DNA of 63,995 bases, filler included, from Circinaria calcarea (GCA_051942165.1; 3 parts of 3 records of this genome joined end to end with filler, not necessarily neighbours in it), one strand, 5' to 3'; counted from the first letter of the whole stretch, positions 51,644 to 63,485 are shown. The notes: generated from the letters alone by a model not told the origin. Program-made: numbers and translations.

Positions 51644-52462
51644 ATGACTATCGAAAGTACCCGAGAAGCAGATGATGTGACCCTGCACCTCCCACGCATA
51701 CTCTGCCTTCACGGCGGCGGCGTCAACGCGAAAGTCTTCAAGGCGCAGTGTCGAGTTGTGATATCACAACTCCGAGGCAAATTCAGGTTATGCTTCGTGG
51801 ACGGGCCTTTCCTCTGCGGACCCGGTCCCGGCGTGATTCCCGTGTACAAGGACCACGGTCCCTTCCGCCGCTGGCAGCGCTGGCTGCCGGAGCACCCGGA
51901 GGTCGACGCGGAAACCGTGGTCGAGGAGATCGATATCTGCCTCAGGAAGACAATGGAGGAGGATGATCAGAGGGGCGCCACGGGAGAGTGGGTGGCGCTG
52001 CTCGGATTCAGCCAAGGCGCGAAAATTTGCGCAAGTCTGCTGTTTCGGCAGCAGGTGCGTGCCGAGAAGCTGGGCAAGGAAAGAGCCGGGTCGAAGTACC
52101 GCTTTGCAGTGTTGATAGCCGGGCGAGGGCCCTTGGTCTCGCTAGACCCCCAGCTTGTCTTGAGCCCGGCATTGGCCGATGCGTCGCAGATCACCCTGGG
52201 CTTCTCGAATTTTCCTGACCGGAGGAATCTGGAGAAGCAGGATCACGTCCTGCGTCTGCCGACCATCCATGTCCATGGCAAGCGGGATCATGGCCTGGAC
52301 CTGCACAGGCAACTGCTGGAGCAGTATTGCGAGAAAGGGAGCACGAAGCTGGTCGAGTGGGATGGCGATCATAGGGTGCCGTTTAAGAGGGAGGATGTTG
52401 TATCTGTCGTGGATCAGATAGTTGACGTTGCGAGTGCGACGGGCGTATTGAAGGAACGGTGA
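51644..52462 (+). CDS. FSH1/DUF341 serine hydrolase (CitA/CtnB/AfoC-type PKS accessory esterase)
   Basis: LHLPRILCLHGGGVNA..F..QCR, nucleophile GFSQGA, LPTIHVHG.RD (Asp), WDGDHRVP (His). Intronless and divergent from the PKS. Confidence 0.93.
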   Translation: MTIESTREADDVTLHLPRILCLHGGGVNAKVFKAQCRVVISQLRGKFRLCFVDGPFLCGPGPGVIPVYKDHGPFRRWQRWLPEHPEVDAETVVEEIDICLRKTMEEDDQRGATGEWVALLGFSQGAKICASLLFRQQVRAEKLGKERAGSKYRFAVLIAGRGPLVSLDPQLVLSPALADASQITLGFSNFPDRRNLEKQDHVLRLPTIHVHGKRDHGLDLHRQLLEQYCEKGSTKLVEWDGDHRVPFKREDVVSVVDQIVDVASATGVLKER

Positions 52463-53521
52463 GTTGCGATAGGGAGGGTGGCTGCTTAGGAACCTAGATG
52501 GGGCTAGGCTGGATTTGGAATACACGCCATGGCGGGAGGATTATAGGATGGACGGTTAGAAGGCTTGATATTATTCGTTGTTTGACCTTCAGTGAAATCT
52601 ATGTCAGCAGACTTTTCTCCATGTTGTCTGTACTCTGTAAGCTACCCGGTAATTCTTGGAGCTTTGAATCCTGCCGTCTGGCCGCAGAGCGCCAGCTCAG
52701 ATCACCACCACACGTCATGAGAGTCGCCCCTTCGGTGTTACCTTTGTAGGTATTCATTTCTGGGAACACCGGCCATGTTGCCCGGTTATTTCTTTATATC
52801 CCTGCCTGCTTAATCAGTGGAGAAAATAACAAGACACTGAATGCCCTCCGTGTCGATTTGCCTGAAATAGCATTGTTAAACATGCACAGTAGGACACCTT
52901 TTTTATGGTATTCCGACACGCCTTGTTAGCACGCACCGTCAGTCAGTCTCTTGCCTCGTTGTTTAATACCTTGGAACCCCTTTCGTTTATTAGCCAGGTA
53001 CTCGCAGTTTATTGAACCCGTCTAAAGAAAATATTCCGCCAACAGTAAGGGCAGGAGACGTGAGAAAATAGGCACCTCTAATCTGAGGTTCCAAGATCTG
53101 CCCAGGGTCAAAAAGTCTGTCGCTCGCGCAGAGTCTGTACCCTTTTGCTTTGTATAGCTTCATACAGACACAGTATAAGTAAAAGCTACAAGCTATAAGC
53201 TATAGGCGAGGGGGGATGGCTAATGTGGATAAAGCAGACGACAATGTTAATTTCCAGGAGGCTGCTATAGAACTAAGAACACGACATGAAAATCGCTTAT
53301 TAAACCCCGTGTCTGAAGGGGAGGGTCGTCGCTTTATGCTCCGGGGGTTTTTTTGGCCGGTAATTTACCGATCCGGGTGTTACCCGAAACCAGAATTTAT
53401 AATTAAGCGTACTTTTCTGCTCTGGACCTATACCTTCTATTGATAGAGGCTACGGCTGGCTTAGGGCGAATACGCCTAGAATTTATTATATACCGGAGGG
53501 AAATTTAATCACCGGACGACC

Positions 53522-53700
53522 CTCCCAGGAAAGCTTGGTGAAAACCCCCTAGAAAGCTTGGTGGCCCCCCCAAGGAAAGCTTGGTGAAAACCCCCTGGAA
53601 AGCTTGGTGACCCCCCTGGAAAGCTTGGTGAGAAAACCCCCGGGAAAGCTTGGTGAACCCCCGGGGAAAGCTTGGTGGCCCCCCAGGAAAGCTTGGTGAG
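53522..53700 (+). repeat. Minisatellite: 8 copies of GAAAGCTTGGTG with variable A/C-rich linkers (period 21-25 bp)
   Basis: Copies at about 53529, 53552, 53575, 53598, 53619, 53644, 53666 and 53687. Confidence 0.92.
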
Positions 53701-54020
53701 ACCACCCCGAAAAACGTGGTGACCGCAAGCTTATTGTCAATATCAAGGTCAATGTGGTTATTATCGGAGTGACTTTATGCGACAACCGTCTACGACAGCC
53801 ATTTCCCACCGGTACCTTTCCGTCATGACGCCCTTCGAGGAGAGGAGGTCGCTGTTATTTGAAAGAGCTCTTGAAGCCACATATTTAAGGGTAGAATATG
53901 ACATCGCGACTTCCGTTATAAAATCAAAAATCATCCTTTTTTCTTCAAAGGTTGAGAAAGAGGGCAGGCCGGCTTCAAATTATTGAAATTCACCGTCTAA
54001 GGTACGGCAGCCCTCTGCGG

Positions 54021-55801
54021 CTACAGCTTTCCTTCGGCCTTCTCTGGCAGCAAGCGCACTACGACGGCGACTCCGAGCGCGAGCAGCAGCAAGACAATCC
54101 ACACAAGATATCCGCCAAATAACTGGGTTCTAACTCCCGTCGCGAAGATACTTGAGAATGTTGCTGGTGCTACCATCCTCACACCGCTGTTGATAGTGAG
54201 AGCGAGAGCATTGATAGTTCCGATCGACGATGCTGACGGTGTAATATCATTCACAGCTAACTGTGCCGCAGCTAGAGGCGCAAACAGCCACGATGAGCAA
54301 AGAACAACGTGATTGGAGAGGACCACTTACTAAAAGCCATGCTTACGCTGCTTCCCAAAACGAGAGCGCTAGGTGCGATGATCCAGAAAGCCGCTTTCCA
54401 ATCATTCCTCAACAAAATATTACATATTGGATTGACGATAAATGTAAACGGCCAGACTATGGAGCAGGCCCGCAAAAGGCCTTTGGTGCCAAGTCTCTTC
54501 TGAAGCGGAGGGAAAGCGAAGAGAAGCCAGAGCGCCTGACACAGGCCCACGGTCCCTAAGAACATGGAAATTTGGAAGGGGGTAAACCCGAAACCTCCCA
54601 GTGCTGGGTTGGTGAACCAGAAGACTGGCGCCACTAAAATGTCGGAGGAATTAGTTTGATTGACAGTGCTATAAAAGGCCAGGAAGAGAGCAACCGGCTA
54701 TGTATGCGAAAGCAAGGAGCATGATGAGACCATAGGTATACAGGACGATTGCTACGCCAGGAGATTTCACAATCTCCCATATTGACAGTGGTGCCTGACT
54801 TGAATCTGCATGATGCCCTTTTCGATCGAGAGTCTGAGATTGCCGTCAGAAATTGGTGGTCACGTCTTGCATAAATGTCACAAACCTCTTTGATAAATAG
54901 TGCGCAGATAATCGCTGCACTTGCACTGATTGCGCCACAAACAAAGGTTGGAAGAGCATAAGGAAACATTTTGAAAAACTCGGAATTTCCAAAAATCATG
55001 CGATATTGCACGGCGGGTTTCGAAAGCCCCCCGCCTAGGTGGTACTTGATCTCAGCGCAATGAATACCTCGAGGAGCAAGACGTACCAATAAAGGGACCA
55101 AGGAAAACGCCTAAATTGCCGGTGAAAGCAAAGAAGCTAAAAGCCCTTGCTTGCGTCTTCGGCGTACTGTTCTCCGTGATCATTGCTCGTGCCGTTCTTT
55201 TGACATCTCCTATAAGCCAGGATAACCGTATATTAATAGGATTACTCACAGTACTGTGCCCGCGAATATTCCCGCTAAACATCGACAGACTATCATCTGC
55301 CATATCGTCCTGCTAAGACCAAATAGCGACGACGCAACGGCTGCTCCGGTCAAAGAGAATACAAGTACCGGCTTTCTACCAAAGCGGTCCGCTGCGTGGG
55401 CCCATAAAACCATCATTAACATTTGGGTCAAAGAAAATACAGATTCCTATAAAAGATCTATTAATACCCTGCATAACCTTAAAGCGAGGCAAACGTCTCA
55501 CTATCAGCCCACTGTAAAAGCCGACGTTTTTTTCCATTACAGTACCTGTCTCTAAAATCATCTGATTAACGAATGGGAAAATTGAAAAGCAGATAATCGG
55601 GTCCATAAGCCGAGCATAACATAACAAGAATATCTGTGCCTGTGGTAATGGCCGCTTATCGTCATCATCTGGGCATATGTCCTGAAGTGTTGCCTCTTCA
55701 TCAACTTGGGCTTTCGGTACAGCTGCGGCCACGGCGAGGAGAGCAGTGGTCTCATCAGGGGTGGAGCGGTCACCAGGATTCTGAGCAGTGGAGGAGACCA
55801 T
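54021..55801 (-). CDS. MFS transporter (DHA1 / ZIFL-YCR023C-like), 6 exons
   Basis: PDETTALL, IFLLCYARL.DPI..FSIFPFVNQMI, VGFYSGLIES, ADRFGRKPVL, TQARAFSFFAF.GNLG.FLGP. GT-AG introns read manually. Confidence 0.92.
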
Positions 55802-56604
55802 TCTTGACTATTGGATAAATGGTCAAGAAGCAATAATATATGGACCCACGAAATCGACTGCTTTGAATTCCAAAACGACCCAGAGTGGGTTGATCCTATC
55901 GGACTATTAATGAATACACTCAAAAAGGCTCTACAGCTGGACACCTCAAGCTTTTTGGGTGCAACAGCAAGAGTGGATTCGGGTGTGCTTGGAGCTCAGT
56001 TCATCAGAATCCAGCAAAAATCTCTAGTCCAGCATTATCGGATCCACCGACGGAGTCCTGCAGAGTTCCTGTCGACTCGGGATTCAAATTCCGAATGGAT
56101 TCTATTCCCTGCGGATCAAAATATGCAGCCAGATGTTGTCTCTGTCGAGCTAACGCAGAGCCCACGAAGGATTTCGACTCGAGAGATGATAAGGACCTGT
56201 AACGGCAGTGATCGACAGGTTTGGTTGTCGGGGCAATGATCAGGGAGCGGATGTTAGGGGGGAGGAAAGCCAAACCAAAATGCTAAAACATGACTGCATC
56301 TTAACTACTTATGGTTATGTTGGCCTCGCGCTTTTACAAGGAAGTCAACATGTAACACCTAGTAGCAGCACTGCAGGATTATATTTACATCAATTATCAA
56401 TGCACCACTGACTTGTCAAAACGAACGTGTTTTTTTTTCAAGCACTTCATGCAATTGTCTAGCCACGCTACTAGGGCAATGCTTGTAAATTCTCAAAGCA
56501 CTGTAGAAGTAGGACATGGCATATGCCAACTAATGAGAGACTGTCTCTTGTGAGCTTTCTATCCCGAGGTTGGCCAAGCAGAACCCGATGCCACCCCTGA
56601 CTCC

Positions 56605-57249
56605 CTAACCCTTCAATGCATCGATCCACTCTAGCGCCGTTGATGGTTCAAGCCGCTTCGAGTAATCGGTTTCGATAAAGGTATTCCGCACGACGCCTTT
56701 TTGGTCCACCAACAAAGTAGCAGGTACGGGGACTTCAAATGAATCGTCACCGTTGCGGGCCTTCAGATCATGACCGAAAGCTTGAAAAACGGGACGTAGG
56801 CTATCCGGCTGAGAGAAGACAATCCCCAGCTGTCTGGCGAACTTATTGCCTACATCGGAGAGGACAGGGAACTTGAGAGCATGCTTTTCCGTGGTGGAGA
56901 GGGACTGATTAGGAAGCTCGGGGGAGATTGCCACCAAGGTGACGCCTTTGGCTTGGAAGTCGTCGTTGTGTTTCTGCATCGCGCCGAGGGCGAGATTGCA
57001 GAACGGACACCACTCGCCGCGGTAAAAGGTGATGAGTAATGGGCCTCGGGCGAGTAGATCAGCGCTGTTCACCTCCTTGCCGACCGCATCGCTCAAGTGG
57101 AATTCGGGAAGGGTATCGCCGACTTTGACGCCGGGATGGAAGGATGCCTTGAAGTCTGCGTTGATACCTACGATCGATTCAACGATCTTCGGAGGTGCGT
57201 TTTTCTGGAAGTTCTGGTAGACGGCGGATAGCTCACCGGCGAGACTCAT
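56605..57249 (-). CDS. AhpC/TSA-family peroxiredoxin-like redoxin (CxxC)
   Basis: KVGDTLPEF.L.DA.GK, FYRGEWCPFCNL, LVAISPE, FPVLSDVGN.FARQLG, VPATLLVDQKG. Intronless. Confidence 0.92.
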   Translation of the reverse strand: MSLAGELSAVYQNFQKNAPPKIVESIVGINADFKASFHPGVKVGDTLPEFHLSDAVGKEVNSADLLARGPLLITFYRGEWCPFCNLALGAMQKHNDDFQAKGVTLVAISPELPNQSLSTTEKHALKFPVLSDVGNKFARQLGIVFSQPDSLRPVFQAFGHDLKARNGDDSFEVPVPATLLVDQKGVVRNTFIETDYSKRLEPSTALEWIDALKG

Positions 57250-57453
57250 GTTGGGAAGAAGATTAGCAGGACTTGAGAAAAGCAGATGATAGAGTCAAAA
57301 TGGTGAGACGGAAGTAAAGGAGAAGCTGGGTGTTATTGTAACTGAAGATGATTTGGAATCGGCTACTTCTCATCACCATATCACATGACCAAGGCAGCCG
57401 GTGGTAACAGACCCTGCAGCTCAATGACTCGCAGCTCAATCTGCAGTTAAACC

Positions 57454-57509
57454 CCTTAAACCCGACTCCTTAAACCCGACTGCTTAAACCCGATTACTTC
57501 AACGCGAAC
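57454..57509 (+). repeat. Short tandem repeat, about 14-bp unit CTTAAACCCGA x3-4
   Basis: ccttaaacccgact-ccttaaacccgact-gcttaaacccgatt-acttcaacgcgaac. Confidence 0.8.
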
Positions 57510-58704
57510 CCCGACCTCCGCTCACCCGGTAGGGTGAAGAGACATTCCATTTCTTTCGAGTCAGCACAGATGTATTCCTGGCACGCACACGGTATGAGAG
57601 GGTCATATCCACGGCCAATTGTGACAATCTGTCACCCTCCCCCACGGACCGACGTTACATCTACAAAATCCAATAATGAGGCACGCCGGCATGGATCCTT
57701 GTTTATGTGACCAGAAAGAGTAGACGGCCACCAGTCGGTGCCGGCAATCCTGTCTCATCCACCATTACTCATGCTAGTCTGAGACATTTCTTGCCGATGC
57801 TGATAAAGTCTCAGAGCAGTATCACTAGACCCAAAGCCAGTATGATCCTGAAGGATATATACCCTGTACCTGCTCAACTCCTAAAATCCAAGGGTATAGG
57901 AGCCTTCCTGATGCATCCATACTCCGTACTGGGGAGAAGGATCGCCTATCGGCCAGCGATTCAAATCACGGTGCTGATGGTAGCAAAATGCCCTGGCCAG
58001 CTGGGATGTTTGGAGTACAGGTAGATCGCCAACACGAAGGATTGGTGAGAAGGCAGATGAGAGTCGAGGCCATTGAAGGAAGTGATGTCGAGCCCGCGCG
58101 CGTGCGCCTTATGCAGACGCGGATCGTCATCGGTCATCGGCTAAGATGAGCCCTTTATGCTAGCGCCGGGCGGCCGGACGGGACGAACGAGAAGCCGAAC
58201 CGGTCGATTGTCAATCTCACAGAGGAAGGACCTCCAATTGTATGGGAAAGATGTCGGGAAACTCATTTAATCGGGGTACATGCCCTCTAGCAGCATTCCG
58301 ACCTCGGGTGGCGGTGAAGAGTTACCAGGATAAGGTAGGCTCAATCTTATTATATAGCTGTTTGGCTAAGTTTCTCATTGATCTGTCTGGCGATGAAGGC
58401 GTTCCATAATCCCTTGGTGACGACATACCTAACTGATCAGGTACATGGCTGTTAAAGTCCCTAGCTGACATCGGCACTATGTCACGTTAAAAAATCACTA
58501 GGGCTTTCTGAAGGCTTTGATAATCGAAACCTGATAGTTGCCACTGTCAGCCCCCTGGCTCCACCTCCTATCAGCGACGTGGAAGGTATGCTCTACTTAA
58601 GAGCTCTTGTCCCTTTGGGAAAGAACAGCTCCAAATCCAAACGAAATCTCCCCACCAGCTTCATTTAGATCCCCTTGAGATAGCATTTTTATTGTTGGCG
58701 CAAG

Positions 58705-59953
58705 ATGCAACTTATTTTCAGTATCTCGGCGCTTACGCTTGCTACGCTGACGGCAAGTGCTATAATCCAAAGGCGGACCTCGAGTATACAACCCCCAAGA
58801 GCTATATATTTCCTGTCAACAGAGCAACCCTCTGCTGAAATATACGCCTTAAATGTGTTATCTGATGGGCGGGTCACTACCGGTTCAAAGACATCTCTTG
58901 GCCCCGGTGGTCCAGATATAGACACAGCTGCTATATCTTTGCTATTACCGCAGGGAGCTGTCCGGATTGTGGAGAATGTAAATTCCGTGTGCTCCCTTAA
59001 AATGGGGGAACAGGGAGCTAATTTTGACACAGTTACTTTTTGCTATCAATGCGGCTTCAAACACCGTGTCCATGTTCGAGATCGATACTTCCAACCCAAC
59101 GAAACTTACGAGGATTGGCAGCCCTGTTCGCACTAATCAATATCCGGTGTCGGTCACTGCTTCTCTAAAGAACAAGCTAGTTTGCGTTGCCAATGCAGGC
59201 ACTCCTACAGGCCTAAGCTGCGCCTCCTTCTCTCCTAGATCAGGTATTAGGAAGATGGATCATCTACGGCCTTATTTCACGCCAAACACTATGCCATCGT
59301 CCGGTACCTTCAATCTCGTTGGTGGCACATTTTTCAGCAACGACGGAAATGCGGTCTTTACCACCATAATGGGCAATGGAACAACATTCAAGGGATTCCT
59401 GTCGGCTTACCCGGTCACCAATGCCGCTGTGTCGTACAAGCAAACTACAAGCACACCCGCTGGATCCGCTATCTTATATGGAGCTACCACTATTCCTAAC
59501 ACATCTGAGATCCTTGCAGCCGATTTCGGCGGAGGCGGTGCAATCATTATGGACGTTAATTCTCAACTCCAAGGGATAACCAAATTCATCACCCATGTTC
59601 CTGGCCAGATAGCAAGTTGCTGGGCCGAGATTAGCTCGGAAACGGGAAGTGGTTATATTACCGATCCTGCCAATAACAGCACGTACGAGATTGATATCCA
59701 AACCGGTGCTCTCCTTTCCAGACTGAGCGGCACCGAAGGAGCCCTTGACTTTAAGCCAGGCGGGGGCTTTTTATACGTTACCAGCGTAGGAAATACAACA
59801 CAGACTCCCAATAATACGATCATTGGGCCCGCGGTTCTGGTTCTGGATATTAGAGGCGGTAAAGGCAGTATCCAAAAATACCAGTCCTTTACGCCGGACG
59901 GGATGACAGCTTTTGCACAAGGGATGGCTATTTTCCCGACGTCTTCATCATAA
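58705..59953 (+). CDS. Secreted beta-propeller protein (lactonase / 3-carboxymuconate cyclase-like)
   Basis: Signal peptide MQLIFSISALTLATLTASA, RAIYFLS, LFAINAASNTVSMFEID..NP.KL, PVSVTAS, ASCWAEIS; one intron at about 58978-59032. Confidence 0.78.
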
Positions 59954-60193
59954 ACGTCAGTCGTAGGGGTCCTCAGTCATAACTGCCTCTCTACTTATTT
60001 CTTGCTGGCCTTAATATGTACTATAAATTCTAGCTTGTTATTAATCTAACATGCATTTTTTGATGGTCAATTAATAGAACCGCACTAATGTAGTAATCGA
60101 ATATGAAACCAGAGAAGAACTTTCCATTATAAATGTAATCCTTATCTGCCAACAATGTTTCTGACCGTCCTTTTATTTGGTCCCCGGAGCGAT

Positions 60194-60306
60194 AAGGCTT
60201 AAGGAGCCCCGTGGAAGGCTTAAAGGAGCCACATGGAAGGCTTAAAAGACCCCGTGGAAGGCTTAAAGGAGCCCCAGGGAAGGCTTAAAGGAGCCACACG
60301 GAAGGC
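60194..60306 (+). repeat. Minisatellite: about 5.3 copies of a 21-22-bp unit GGAAGGCTTAAAGGAGCC(C/A)C
   Basis: Direct tandem copies visible from 60194 to 60306. Confidence 0.9.
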
Positions 60307-60600
60307 CCCTGTGGGATATTTGTGTAACTGTGATGTTACGTTCGACGGCCTCCGAAGTGGGCCCTCTATGCACAGGGTGTCCCCGGGTTAGTACCGTTAC
60401 ACTGGACGACCTCCGCTGTGGCTTTTCTTGAAACCGATTTGCTTATTCTCACCGATATCTCATGGGTGAGAGAGTAAACTAAGTGTTGGAACTTTGGCCC
60501 TTTCGCGCTTTAACGCCATAGATGCTCTATATAGCACAGAGCCTTTGGCCCAACTCTCAGAGAAAAACCAGAAGCAGCAGTTCCAACGGTCTTTCCCATC

Positions 60601-61104
60601 ATGTTCTTCCCCATGCATTGGCTCTTGGCCCTCTCGTTCCCGAGCGCTATCCTTGCCCGGCCTCCCTCCACCGGCCCCATGGGTCGAAGCGCAAATCCAC
60701 CACCGGGTCCATACTGTCCGCCCCAAGCCGCGACCCCCAAGATCCAGCAAGCCATCTTCAACGACTTTGTCCAAAAGCTCTTCGTTGAGAAGAACGCCGT
60801 CGACGCCGTCACCAACTACGTCGCCGATGATCTGATCCAGCACAACCCGAGCCTCGCGGACGGCGCGCCGGCCTTCTTGGCCGGCCTCGTCGGGAGTCCG
60901 TCGTACAATACGTCCACGTTGGCGATTTACCATCAACTGTTCATGGCCGGTGTCGGGAACGTGCATACCCGCGTGACCAGCCCGACGACGACGGAGCTGG
61001 CGGTGTCGGATTACTATCGCATGGATGGCACGTGTATTGTGGAGCATTGGGATGTCATTCAGGCTCTGCCGGTGAACTCTTCCAATCCTCATCCGCTTTT
61101 CTAG
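60601..61104 (+). CDS. Secreted SnoaL/NTF2-like small protein
   Basis: Signal peptide, YCPPQ.AT...QQAIFNDFV, ADDLIQHNPSLADG, DYYRMDGTCIVEHWDVIQ, C-terminal NPHPLF. Confidence 0.85.
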   Translation: MFFPMHWLLALSFPSAILARPPSTGPMGRSANPPPGPYCPPQAATPKIQQAIFNDFVQKLFVEKNAVDAVTNYVADDLIQHNPSLADGAPAFLAGLVGSPSYNTSTLAIYHQLFMAGVGNVHTRVTSPTTTELAVSDYYRMDGTCIVEHWDVIQALPVNSSNPHPLF

Positions 61105-61391
61105 ACGGACGGATAGTTTTTTCAACCGAATCCTTGGTATGAAGCGTTGCTGCGGGTTAATCTATGCCGCGATATTCGGTTCGGGGTTCGGATAGATGTT
61201 GCTGTCAGAATACGACATGTCTTGTACTGAAATTTGTATGGTGGCTGGGGTCATAATTCTGGTGGCTGGTACGCCCGGTATATAGAAGAACCCAACCACC
61301 TCCATAGTCATGAATCAAACCTTTGACAGTTTCCTTGGCCTGAAATTTGCGATTGATAGTATCCAGGCCAGAGGGCTTTCGTTTGGCTGAT

Positions 61392-61816
61392 AAATTAAAC
61401 CGGTCGAGGGAGTTTATAATCAACCAAAGAAAAACGGAAAATTGCAATTTTGACCTCACCCCTGATTTTTTAGTGATCAATCTTCTGTTAATGAATGTGG
61501 CTATTATTAATGTCACTGCCGCAAAGACCAATTATCGTAGAGAGATCGCAGAGGTTACTGCCGCCAGTGGTATTGCGATATACAAGATAACGGCAATACG
61601 ATGTATACGACAGCGATACGGTGTGACAGCGACAGCGACCCATTATAAACCGCGATAATAAATCCATTAACCTCGGGGCTGGATTCTTAGGCTAATAACC
61701 CCCCTGATAATAGTGTGGTCTTCGGGGGGTACCCCCTTGAAATTTGGGGGTTGGGGTCAAAATTGCATATTTCAAAATTTCCGGGGGTATGAAATTCTAT
61801 CTGTCCAATTTAATTT
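61392..61816. mobile_element. Degenerate inverted-repeat (foldback/MITE) relic
   Basis: Perfect 13-bp IR TGCAATTTTGACC (61443-61455 / 61755-61767) within longer imperfect arms beginning AAATTAAA. Confidence 0.5.
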
Positions 61817-62068
61817 ATAATACATTCCATTGTTGACAGCGCCAATTGCTCCCTGTGATTCTGTAATTAAAAATTATTGAAAGTAGGGGGGAAGGTAAGC
61901 ATGTTGCGGTGTCTAACCGGATGCGGTATCATATCGCTTAGGCATCTCTCAGGGCTAGAAATAACCACTGTGGGGCTGCATATTAACCGAGCCATGCGGT
62001 GGTTTTAGAAAAGGACTCCGTTACGGAATTCACAAAGTTCGAATCGATGTGGAAATTTGTAAATCATC

Positions 62069-63485
62069 ATGTCTGGTTCATTAGATGTTGCACGAGACCT
62101 TCAATCCGCCCGCGTTATCAGTTCCATTACCCACACTATTCTGGAATCACCGCCGAGCTGTATAGAGTTTTCTCCGCTCGCACCCGATTTGTTCGTGGTG
62201 GGCACCTATAGCCTTGATACAGACGCATCAAGTGATGGAACTACCATATCCGCTGCCGAGGGAGAGGGCTTTATTACGGCTGTGCAGTCAAGGACCGGAA
62301 GCGTAATCCTTTTCCGTCTGGAAAAAGACAAATTGTATGCTAGTCTAATCCTTCATAACTGGGGGATTAATTTTTAAAGAGCTCGAAAAGTTGGAGCAGG
62401 GCATTCAAGTCTCTAATCTCCGTGCTGCTTACAGACATTCATTACAAACGTGCAACACTTGCTCCGCAGTCCTAGATCTACACTTTTCTCCTCATCAACA
62501 AGACATATTTGCGGTTGCCACAAGTACAGGTGCTATCGAAGTCTATGCCTTGAGTCTTACAGAAAATCCTCGGATTGAATTGTTGCAAACAGCGCAGGCC
62601 TTCCCCACATCGATATTAATACTGTCGCTAGCATGGCATCCTTCTCCGTTATTGACCTCAATCTTGGCTGTATCGTTGGCTGACGGTAGGGTTGCAATTC
62701 TTAATTATGCTTCCCTTCTCAGTCCTGTTCATTACTTCAGAGCGCACTCATTAGAAGCCTGGACCGTTGCGTGGCCATCTGATATTAAGTTACATGGTTC
62801 AACATTATATTCTGGCGGAGATGATTCAAGGCTGTCCACGGTGCCGACTGATATGCCTGCTCTTGTGCTTGAAGCTATGCGACACAATTCTCGGGCTAGT
62901 GTTTTAAATGCAAGCACAAGCGTTGTTGCAGAAAGGACCGAAACAGAAGACGAGGATAATATCAAGTTATCATCAGACACATCCATGGAAGCCTTGAGCT
63001 ATGATTCCAAAATCCATGGGGCCGGTGTTACTGCGATTTTGCCAGTTCAACATCTTAGTGAAGCATATTCTGAGATCGTTTTGACTGGTAGCTATGACGA
63101 ATACATAAGAGTCCTAGTGCCCAGACCGAACCAGAAATGGAAAGTTGCGGCAGAGCAACGCCTTGGTGGGGGAGTATGGAGACTGAAGTTACTAGGTAGA
63201 GAATCCGATGATTCTTATGCGAATGTGCAGACGCAGTTCAAAGTCCTAGCCAGCTGCATGCATGCAGGTTCGAGGATCCTGGAAGTCTGTTGGCACTCAG
63301 ACAGGCAATGGACTATTGGAGTTCTGGCGAGGTTCGAGGAACACGAGAGTATGAATTATGCAAGTGATGCCACCAGGCTAACTGACATTTCTCATAACCA
63401 CGGCCAAACCACCACTGTTGTATCCACCAGTTTTTATGACAAGAGACTGTGCGTCTGGACCTTTCCAGGCACCCGCAGCTCATAG
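62069..63485 (+). CDS. DPH7: Diphthine methyl ester hydrolase (WD40), diphthamide biosynthesis
   Basis: PPSCIEFSP...FVVGTYSL, AVLDLHF, HSLEAWTVAW, LYSGGDDS, HGAGVTAILP, LTGSYDEYIR, LGGGVWRLK, LASCMHAG, EHESMNYASD, STSFYDKRLCVW. Confidence 0.93.

Noticed and set aside
53522..53700. CRISPR-like appearance of a repeated core with variable spacers
   Set aside because: The core is only 12 bp, spacers are 9-13-nt low-complexity variants of each other, the context is eukaryotic and no cas genes are present. It is a minisatellite.
56605..57249. Horizontal transfer of the intronless, bacterial-looking redoxin
   Set aside because: The family is widespread in filamentous fungi; lack of introns alone is not evidence without a phylogeny.
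60460..61125. 221-aa antisense ORF over the SnoaL-like gene
   Set aside because: Shadow of a GC-rich sense gene that has a signal peptide and family motifs.
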